Shown here: in pieces, positions 54,539 through 64,000 of the stretch | Position numbering within the stretch: position 1 is the first letter of the stretch | How the letters are laid out: each line of letters begins with the position of its first letter | Source: Zancudomyces culisetae HAW-14-8 | Lineage: Eukaryota; Fungi; Kickxellomycota | Direction: 5' to 3' | Assembly (NCBI GenBank): GCA_052426225.1 | Contig: JBNJNM010000011.1 | Coordinates: forward strand, 2,046,001 to 2,110,000 | Length of the DNA stretch: 64,000 bases | Position numbers and translations under genes: made by a program | The notes under the pieces: generated by a model | Databases searched by the model: none | What the model was told of the DNA's origin: nothing | The model's input: only the letters and a program-made list of their open reading frames with translations

Positions 54539-57135
54539 ATGCCAGAAGAGATTGATATAGCATCACCAATATTCGAAACAGATAGTACCAGCAACAAAAT
54601 GGTGGAAAACGAAATGAAAAATAAAGAAAGAAGGGATTCAGATACTACGGTAATGGAGAAGAAGGATGAAAAAGAAGAGGAAGAAGATACTAATGATGCA
54701 GATACATCGGTATACTTGGAAGGCTCGAACCGGAAAACAGGAACCACCAGCCAAAACACACAGAGTGTTGGTGAAGGTGTGATTATACAAGATACAAATG
54801 GAACGCAAATGGGGGATGCAGATCGTTCCAGAAGGGAGGTGAGGTCTATGGAATATCCAAGAGAAAACCTTACTGTTAATAATAAAAAGAAAGGAATCAG
54901 AAGGAGAAAGTTCTCCCTACCATTTTTTGGAAAGATTTCTAGCAAGCTATCAAACAAGTTTTTTGAAACCGAGCCGGAGATTCGTGGTGAAGATGGACAA
55001 ATAGCGGATAACTATTTTAAAAAACGCGAACGGCTATTGGGAAAGTTTTTTGGAGATGAATTGAACCAAGAAGAGATTGCAAACATGTTAAGGAGGTCGG
55101 AAAGCACCTGGTTTTTGGAACCAGAGTATGACAAACTTGATATTAGTTTTGACATGGACGGAAATGTGAATGGAGGGACCTGGGATGCTTTAATCGAGTA
55201 TTTAACACCACCAGGGAAAATAAGAGGTAAGTCAGTTTGCACCTGAAGGCTTTTATGGTATTCTGAAGGATATTTTTATAAAATTTTGACTTGAGGAGAG
55301 GTTTAACTGAGCTACACTATTGTTTTTTATTTGAAAAGTAAGGCTCTAGTGAGGATAAGCTAATATAACGAGTAAATTGGTTTAAAATAATTAGAGGATT
55401 TCAACTATGCATTCATGATAACATTCAGAGTTTTTGCTGATGGAAAGCTGTTAACAGAAGCACTGATCAGAAGACACAACATTGTTCCACCAGGATCACT
55501 AGACGAGGTCCAATTAAAGATATGGGTAGAAAAAAAGCAGATACCTGTAAAGATAAAGGTATTCCAAACACTGATAGGATGGCTTGAGCATTTTTGGGTT
55601 GATGAAGAGGACTTTGAATGTCTACCAAGAATTCAGAGCCATCTGTGTGAGATTGTTGATGAAAGTTTTGTGTCGACTAAACAGTGCCAAAAGTATATTA
55701 ACAAAATTGATAAAATGGTAAGATTGATTCCCATATATTTGGGACATTGTAATGGTATTTTTTTACACACTCTTTTTCCATATTGTTATCTTGTTTGAAT
55801 TAGTGGTTTGTAAGATATACACTAACCACGTTGTTGGAAAAATAGCTTGAGAGAAAATTTGAAGAGAATCGATATAAAGAAGAGCAAGAACAGGAAATGC
55901 GAAGGGCCCAGAAATTTAGAAAGGCAAGTCTAGTTTCATCATCGTCAAATGCATCGCGAGAACCGGGGAGTGAGAACGAACAGCTACAGTTATACAGCTC
56001 AGATTTTAGCGACGATAGTTCGACCGATGCAGAAGACAGTGATGTAGCAGAGCTGCTTAGAGTGACAATTGGAATTGACTTGTCGTTTGAAGCATATAAA
56101 CATCTGTCGCACATTGCTCAAGTCGATCCGAGCGATGTAGCAAGTCAGCTGACCATTCTTCAGAGCGAGTGTTATTGCAGAATCTCGCCAATAGAGCTGC
56201 TCAGAAATGAATTTGGTAAAAAAATAGGTTCTAAGGCCATCAACGTCAAGCAAATGAGTACATGGAGCAACCAGATTTCACGGTGGGTTGCTGTTTTGGT
56301 GTTGCATGAAAGCTCCCCTGAGAAGCGTGCCAGAGTAATTAAATATTTTTTGGAGTTGGCCAAAGAGTGTCTTCGTATAAAAAATTACGATGCTGTTATG
56401 GCTGTGCAAGGTGCTTTAAACTCGTCTGCCGTTCTAAGACTCAAAAGAACCTGGGCTTTGTTGTCCAAGCGATCCCAGGACATTGCTCGGAAGCTGCAAG
56501 CTGCTACTGACCCTAGCAGAAACTATGCCAGGTATAGGGCTGTTATAAGAAAATCTAAGCCTCCTCTACTGCCATTTTTGGGTTTGTATCTGACCGATCT
56601 AACTTTTATTTGCGACGGAAACCCGGATATGCGAAGGAGAAAGATCGTGTCTGAAGCGTACAAGCCCATAGAAGACAGCGCCTCTCCTGAAAGTACTCAA
56701 GCCTCCGCGACTCCTGAGCCCACAAACGGTGTATCCCCTACCACTTCCTACCACGATACCATTCGCCTTACGACCCCCGTCCTACCAAAACTAAAATCTC
56801 TATCTCCGATGCCTTCATCCAAACCAGCCCCTAAACCAAAACCAAAACCAGTACCGCTAGAGCTAAAGAATGTCTGTGCTTCGTCTCCCTCAACTGACGA
56901 TATCGATATTAGGTCAAAAGCTATTCTGATCAATTTTGACAAACACTTCAAGGTCGCCAAAATAATCGCCGAAATTCAGAAATATCAAATCCCCTATTCG
57001 GGTAACTTTACTATGGCTATTCCCGGATTGCAAAAATACATCCTTAGGCAGATCAGCTATTGGGACAAGGAAAACTATGATGACAACAAGCTGTATGACT
57101 TGAGTCTAAAAGTTGAGCCTAGAGCTGCTTTCTGA
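54539..57135 (+). CDS. Ras guanine-nucleotide exchange factor (REM + CDC25 domains); approximate exons 54539-55227, 55395-55717, 55845-57135
   Basis: GNVNGGTWDALIEYLT, FMITFRVF, WLEHFW, DVASQLT, RARVIKYF, NYDAVMAV..ALNSSAVLRLKRTW, RNYARYR, PFLGLYLTDLTFI..GNPD, INFDK. Confidence 0.92.
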
Positions 57136-58189
57136 TGACTGTCTTTTAGTGCTTTTTTCTTTATTTTGTATTATGTTTTGGCATCTCATGCCATTGTATA
57201 TTTAGGTTTTAGTTCTGCTATTGCCGCTATTTTTTTGTTGTTGTCTTTTTTCAAGAAAAAAAGAAATGTATATTGTTTCGTGTTTTGTGATTTGTGCTTT
57301 AACTTTTCTTTTTTTGTATGTGGCGATATCACCCTGCTTGAAGCCCTTTTTGCTTTGCTTTACTTTACTTTACTTTGCTATCATCTGTGCTTTGGAATTG
57401 ATTGATTTTCTTTGTAAGTTTATTTGCTTGTTTCAATCACGTTCTTGTTGACACTGTAATTTTTGTTGGTGCTTTTTTTCAAAAAATAGTGAAAATGAAA
57501 GTGAAAGTAAAAGTAAAAATAAAACTCACCCCACAACCAATTGCTAGGAAAATCTGTGAATGGACCACCTGAAATTATTTTTATGATCCTAAAGTGTTTC
57601 AGGTTTTGACAAAATACCAGTTAACATTGGAAACACGATATATTAGGGATAGTTTCCGCCTGCATCTGGGATACCCTGGTCATATACTCAGGTTACCAAA
57701 TCTTAGTCCTTTTCCATTCGAATCATCTATCTTTTTTTTTTGTGTGTGTGTGCCCAAAATGGAAAACTTTGGTGAATGGTATTATTCCTGGTGATTTTGG
57801 TGGTTTATTTGTACAAAATGAAAAGAAAAAAAAAACGGAAATGAAATAACAAAAGGAATTGGTAGTTGTTAAACTATTAGGAATTGCACCTGTTCATGAT
57901 AGAGAAAGTGCACAGAAAACTGAGCTGTTCTCTGATTGAGTTATCACAAAATAAACTCTACTCCTTATTTTTTTTTTATCATTTCGGGCTTGCATTGGTT
58001 TGCACCTTCCCCTTCAAACACAACATTTAAAACATTATTTATAAAGGAAACATTTGCAAATTGTCTTTTCACCTTTGATTGTCACATTTTGGTGAGAGAT
58101 AGGTAGAGCATAATATATAATTCCATTAAAAGAGCCAGCTAGGTAGTTTAAGCAAAGAAAGCCTTCGAGATACAAAAAGAAAACAAGCA

Positions 58190-60229
58190 ATGATTTTCAA
58201 ATCACAGTATCCAGATATCCCCGTAGTGCATTCTGACTTGGCAACACACATATTTGCCGAGGCCAAGCACTTCAAGGCACAACGAGCAGTAAAAACAAGA
58301 TTTGCCATTTGTGATGCGCCAACAGGAAAGGAGTTGACTTTAGAAACCCTGGAACAATACTGCAACCAGTTTGCATCAGCTCTGCAAAACAAACTGAGTC
58401 TAGCTGTTGATGATGTGGTTCTTGTGTTTTCCCCAAACACCATATACTACCCCGTCGCAGTTCTAGGCACAACAATGATGGGAGGTGTCGCGACACTTGC
58501 AAATCCGACATACAATGAAAGAGAGCTTGCCCACCAGATCAAGGACGCAAACGCAAAAGCCATTGTTACCCAATCTCACTTGTTGCCAGTCGCTCTCGAT
58601 GCAATTAAACATTCAGGAGCGAGCATTCCTGCCACAAACATCGTGTTGGTGGATATCGAGCCCACCAAACAAAGCCAATATGTACACATTGAGGACTTTT
58701 TGTGTCAAAAGCCATTTACCAAGTTTACAATAAACACAGAGTCCGCTGCAAAGGAAAAGCTTGCCGTTCTTTCATATTCATCTGGTACCACTGGTAAGTA
58801 TTAGCGATATAAATGATATACACATCTTTTCTTTTAGACGTTTTTTTTTAGAGCAGGAGGAGGGGGGGGAGGGGCAATATATCAGTGGGCAAGAACTATA
58901 TTATCTATGTAGTATGTCTTCTCCTGAGGCAAACCTTCTCCATTTATTTGTTTCAATGTACTAATTAATACTGAAGATTCTTTATACTTGAGTCAAAAAA
59001 AAATGAATACGTAAAATTAGGATTGTCAAAGGGTGTGATGCTTACCCATCACAATCTGGTGTCTAACCAGCTTATGAATAGGATATTTGACTTTGGTGAT
59101 GGCTGGCTTAGCGACTATAACACACTGACCACTTTTATGGGAGTGCTGCCATTTTATCACATCTATGGATTTACCCATACCCTATTGGTTGGAATATCAA
59201 GTGTAAGTACCACATTCTACCAGCATTTTATTTTTTTTCCGCTACTGTATTTGATATATGTCTGTACTGTACTTTACGCTAATCCGTTTAATTTTCAATC
59301 AATATCCTTTTCTTTGATTTTAGGCTGTAGGGGTAGTAGTAATCCCGAAATTCGAACCAAACCTGTTTTTCTCTGCTGTACAAAAGTACAAGGTTAACAT
59401 TGCACATTTGGTACCACCAATCATTATTATCTTGCTTAACAATCCCGATGTTAAGAAGTATGATTTATCATCGTTGAGACATATTTCGACTGGTGCTGCT
59501 CCTTTGGGTGATAAGATTGTAAAGAGGTTTGAGAAAATGTACAGAAACATTACTATGATTCGCGCCTATGGTCTCACTGAAGCTAGCCCAACAGTTACAA
59601 AATCGACTAGGGATTGTACAAAAACGGGGTGCTCGGGAAAACTCATGGCAAATGTTGAAGCTAAAGTTGTGGACGAAGACAACAAGAATTTGGGTGTTGA
59701 TGAAATTGGAGAGTTGTGCTTCAGAGGCCCATTCGTTATGAAAGGCTATTTGAACAACCTGGAAGCAACAAAAAACACGGTTGATGAAACTGGTTTTCTG
59801 CACACCGGTGATATTGGGTATATAGATAAGGATGGCGATGTTTATATCATTGATAGAAAGAAAGAACTGATCAAATACAAAGGAACACAGGTTCCTCCGG
59901 CTGAACTGGAGGCTCTATTGCTACTACACCCAGATGTCGTCGATTCGGCGGTAACGGGAATTTATGTAGAGGAGGAGGGCACAGAACTTCCCAAGGCATT
60001 TGTCGCGCTTTCCCCTTCATTGGTTCATTTGACTGAAGAGGAAAAATTGAAAAAGGCACAGGAAATCAGGAAATGGCTGGATGGGCAAGTTGCATCCTAC
60101 AAACGTCTTAGGGGAGGCCTGACAATCTTGGATGCCATTCCAAAAAGTGCTTCTGGTAAAATCCTAAGGAGAACGCTGAGGGATATGGAGAAATCCAAGA
60201 GTGACTTCAACTCCAAAGCTAAACTATAA
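58190..60229 (+). CDS. Peroxisomal 4-coumarate-CoA-ligase-like / luciferase-like acyl-CoA synthetase; approximate exons 58190-58793, 59021-59202, 59324-60229
   Basis: AMP-binding YSSGTTG|LSKGV, LPFYHIYG, TGAAPL, YGLTE, GELCFRGP, HTGD, DRKKELIKYKG, PKSASGKILRR; C-terminal PTS1 AKL. Confidence 0.92.
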
Positions 60230-62643
60230 AGATCTATTTGAGTTCGTATCACCTTTATTTTTTATCTAGCCAATAAGGAGTACGTTTTGACATTGTTGCA
60301 AATACCAAAAAAGTACAGTATTATAAAAAATATCTAAAAACAAAAGGTGATATTACATTATAAGGTTTTGTTTGTATACACACTACATTTACGCATGTAT
60401 TTCTATAATGGTCAAAAATGCATATTACCAAATTTAAACCTGCAGCATAGATCAACAATTATAATAGGCCTAGTTATGAGAAATGCTCAATTAAAAGGTC
60501 GCCTCATATTTCAACCGCTTTTAAACGCTTTGGGTCTTTTCGTTTTTGTCACATTCAGCGTAAAAGCTGAATCTGTTGGTCTGCATAATAGGCGCCAACT
60601 GTAGTTTAAAGCGCGATCCTTATCTTGTACCCAGCCTGTATAGTATCGCCTTTTATCGATTTCCTGCTTCTGAACATGTGTTTTTTTTTAGTTAGGCATT
60701 CCAAACCCATAATAGATGGAGAATTAAGCGAGTATGTATTTTGTATTACTCTGTAACTATACATTTAATATGCTGTTCTACAAATCAACCGCAATTCTTT
60801 GCTGTTTGTAGCACGTATCAGCATAGGGGTAAGTGTTAGATTCTCATCGTTATATCAACCTCTCCTCTCCAATCGATAACGTGTAACCTGTGTTATAAAA
60901 AGATCCAGTACCCAAACCATCTCCTTGTCTAGTTGGTCAAGGTAACTGTGAATACATTAGATCTGTACTTGAAACTGGAACTACTATTCTGTGGGAGATA
61001 AATGTAACAAAGTTATGGCCAGGGAAGACACGTGTCGTTGCATCACAAGAGCATGTATTGTGATGCTAGTTGTGTGGAACCAAAGGAAAGCACGAAAATG
61101 ATCTGTTTATACATAATTCGGCTGGACTAAAAATGTGTCTCATCTTGCTCCTCATTCACTAAGGTTAGCACCAACACACGTGTAAAAGCCAATGTAAAAA
61201 CCAATAGCAATAGCAAAGCCAGCTTTACATCAATATTGTCGGTTTGGTTTAACTTTGTTGCTTTCTATTAGACAGTACTTCGATTACTACTATCTCTTTT
61301 ATTGTTTTGCAAAGGATCCATTTTTTCAAAAGTCACTTTTTCAAGCACAATTTAATCGACCTCTCACATAGCTTGATTTCAAAAAAAATATAGCCGAAGT
61401 CTAATGATCAGCTTAAGGGTGGTCAATTGCGAATCCGTCCATTTACTAGTATGTTTTATAGTTATTATGAAATATAGGGGGTTGCTGGACAAAGATGAAT
61501 ATAGAAAACAATAATCAGCAAATTCCCAAAGCATCATAAAAGACGGCAATTTTTACACCCCATGTATTTTTTAGTTACTCAACTGTTTTCTCTTAATTAT
61601 TTGGTTACGCAATGGCAAGTGCCATCTATGTTCTAAATGACACCATTCGCCAGTTGAAAATGCATTCAGATTAGTTTCCCGGATTTAGATGGCTTTGCGC
61701 AAACGAGAAAAGCTGGCGTTTGAGAAGCCAATGTTACATCTGAATGCTATGAATTTTTACAGATTATTGTCGAAAATTAATAACAGCGATACAGATTCTC
61801 TGATGCATCGAAAAAGCAAAATAAAAACTTACGCAATTAAATCAATATGAAGGCAAATTCGTCCACACAAAACAGAAAAACGCTGAGCATAATGAAACAG
61901 CGTATAAAGTGGGCTTGAGATCTAAGCATAGCTGCAATAAACAGACAGAATGGTGCCAGAAACGAGAGAAAAAATTTATCAGGGGTAGTGTTCAGAGAAG
62001 CAAGGAGTAGTTACAAGTGTGTTAGTAACTAATTATGGGGATTATCGCGTTTTAAGCCACTAGAGAACTAAGAATGAGTTATATTATTGAAAGACAGTTG
62101 CTGTTTCAAGATTTGTGTTTATTTTTGTTTTCCGTTTTTTTCGATGAGTTTTCAAAGGAAATAGTGGTGGAAGCAAAAAGGAGGTAGCAGTGTTGCACAT
62201 ACGAATTAATTATGGAAGTAATGATTCAAAGCCCGAGGGGAAAGTTACTCCCCCTCTCCTTCGCTTTTCAAATTAATGAAAAGATACGTGTGTATCCAAT
62301 TACTAGCAGGTAAAAACCCATTATAACTTATTAATTAATTGCAAAACAGATGATACAAACACAAAATGCACAGTAGGAAAATGCAAATGGCTAACAAAGA
62401 GAGGGAACCCAATGCTTGTCAAAGTACAACGCTAATACAGTGATACAAAAAATGAAAAGAGAAAAAAAGAAAAAGAGAAAAAACTATAAAACGCGATTAA
62501 TCCTCAATCATCCTGCCTGATTGTTTACTTATTCGTTAGAAAAAGATACATTTATTGATAACTATTACTTATAATATATTCTTGTAAACATCACAGCAAA
62601 AGCACTTTTATCCTCTAAAAAAAGCCGTCAAAAGTAGTTAACC

Positions 62644-64000
62644 ATGGTGAAGGAAGAGGTATTTGTATATGACGATGAAGATAAGGCCGTCATCAACACC
62701 GAAGTCATCTTGACTGACACCGAACAGAAGATGGCAAAATCAATTACCAGAAGACTAGATATCCGTCTAATGCCTGTACTGATGTTGCTCTACGTGGGAT
62801 CGTATATGGATAGATCCAATATTGGTGCCGCACTGGTTAATGGATTGAGAGCTGATTTGAAACTCACTAAAGCCGAAGAAGCTCTGGTCACTGCTTCATT
62901 TTATATATTCTATACCACTCTTGAGTTGCCAGCAAACGTGATTTTGAAAAAGTTTAGACCAAGATACTGGTTTTCACTTATCGCGGGGCTTTGGTCAGTT
63001 GCATGTATGCTGCAGGCGCTTGCAAAATCTGGTGGACTTATTATTATGTTTAGATCAATTCTTGGCGCGGTCGAATCTGGTTTCACACCAGGAGTATTTG
63101 CTTATCTGCCTTATTGGTATACCAGAGATGAAGTCGGTGCACGAATGTCATTATTTTTTGGTGCTCTTCCAATTTCAGTACTAATTGGAAGTCCGCTTGC
63201 TGCTGGGCTTGCTTCGGTAAAAGGAACACTTGAACCATACCAGATGATTTTTATTGTAGAAGGAGCAGTAACTTTTATGATAGCGGTACTTTCCTTCTTT
63301 ATCCTCCAGGACTACCCCGAAACGTGCAAATTTTTGAGCTATGATCAAAGAAAACTGCTGGTAAAGAGACTACGCGCCGATCAGGGACTTGCAACCAAGA
63401 GCAAGCTGACTCTCAAATCTACAATTAGGGCTATCTTTGACTGGAAAGTTTTGCTGTTTTGTGCTGCAAACTTTGGATGTATCACTGGAATTAACACCGT
63501 TAGTATTTTCGGACCCACACTCATGAAAGGATTGGGATACAGCAGTGTTAGAGCTACATACTTGGCAACACTTCCTGGCGCGCTTGGAGTAGTTGGTATA
63601 ATAATAACACTATTCATTCCTAAGCGTATACCTCTCACCACCCAATTCTTTGTTTTCCAAACCATATCCGTTGTATTTTACACAATATTGACATTTTCAA
63701 AGAACGGTACCCTTCGTCTCATCTCATTTGCACTATCAGGACTTGGTATATATCCATCTTTCCCAATTTTCCTTTCCTGGGTCTCAGTGAATCAAGGTGG
63801 TATTGGAAAAAGATTGATGGTTTCAGCAGCAATCTTTACCATTGGAAATGTCACAGGAGCCGTAATCCCAGTCATGTTTACAGCAACCTATGCCCCACAC
63901 TATTATTTGGGAAATGCAGCCACAATCGGTCTACTCGGACTATCAATTTTGCTAACCGCAGTAATGGTTGTGCACTACGCAAAAGTCAATAAACAAAAGG
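62644..64000 (+). CDS. MFS transporter, anion:cation symporter (Dal5/Tna1-like) family; 3'-partial
   Basis: Manual translation: MVKEEVF...RRLDIRLMPVLMLLYVGSYMDRSNIGAA..GL..DL, ELPANVILKKFRP, RSILGAVESG, YWYTRDE..ARM, FIVEGA, LQDYPET..FL; open to the window end. Confidence 0.9.
   Translation, partial: MVKEEVFVYDDEDKAVINTEVILTDTEQKMAKSITRRLDIRLMPVLMLLYVGSYMDRSNIGAALVNGLRADLKLTKAEEALVTASFYIFYTTLELPANVILKKFRPRYWFSLIAGLWSVACMLQALAKSGGLIIMFRSILGAVESGFTPGVFAYLPYWYTRDEVGARMSLFFGALPISVLIGSPLAAGLASVKGTLEPYQMIFIVEGAVTFMIAVLSFFILQDYPETCKFLSYDQRKLLVKRLRADQGLATKSKLTLKSTIRAIFDWKVLLFCAANFGCITGINTVSIFGPTLMKGLGYSSVRATYLATLPGALGVVGIIITLFIPKRIPLTTQFFVFQTISVVFYTILTFSKNGTLRLISFALSGLGIYPSFPIFLSWVSVNQGGIGKRLMVSAAIFTIGNVTGAVIPVMFTATYAPHYYLGNAATIGLLGLSILLTAVMVVHYAKVNKQK

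Noticed and set aside
1-64000. Selenoprotein or stop-codon readthrough genes (some early-diverging fungi use Sec)
   Set aside because: I found no conserved CDS with an in-frame TGA, no convincing SECIS, and no TGA-CTA readthrough context at the gene ends I checked.
58190-64000. 4CL-like ligase plus MFS transporter as a secondary-metabolite cluster, or a true luciferase
   Set aside because: No backbone synthase or tailoring enzymes in the window; PTS1-bearing 4CL-like ligases are common in fungi.

Overview
Eukaryotic, AT-rich, intron-containing fungal DNA. The gene set (FANCI, LAMTOR2, QDPR, a ZCCHC9-like gene, a CBM19-like peptide) points to an early-diverging, non-Dikarya fungus, possibly Kickxellomycotina/Harpellales; that assignment is inference. 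I find about 22 protein-coding genes, mostly housekeeping (MRT4, RPN10, SSL1, MDM31, TPC1, KAR3-like, VPS20, BMS1, CUB1/DUF2408, a RasGEF, a 4CL-like ligase, an MFS transporter), one tRNA-Asn gene and simple repeats. I see no transposon, CRISPR array or biosynthetic cluster. Most notable observations: (1) a saw-tooth purine/pyrimidine strand skew with a period of roughly 10-14 kb that flips synonymous codon usage in the middle of genes; (2) three GC-AG introns, two of them in MRT4; (3) a 12-nt in-register antisense overlap of the MDM31 and LAMTOR2 stop regions; (4) a FANCI that lacks the canonical ATR SQ loop but carries a different SQ cluster; (5) a probable PAP2 pseudophosphatase; (6) a small multi-hairpin element with duplicated loops. 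Gene identities come from motif recognition, not database searches. Exon boundaries were read by eye.
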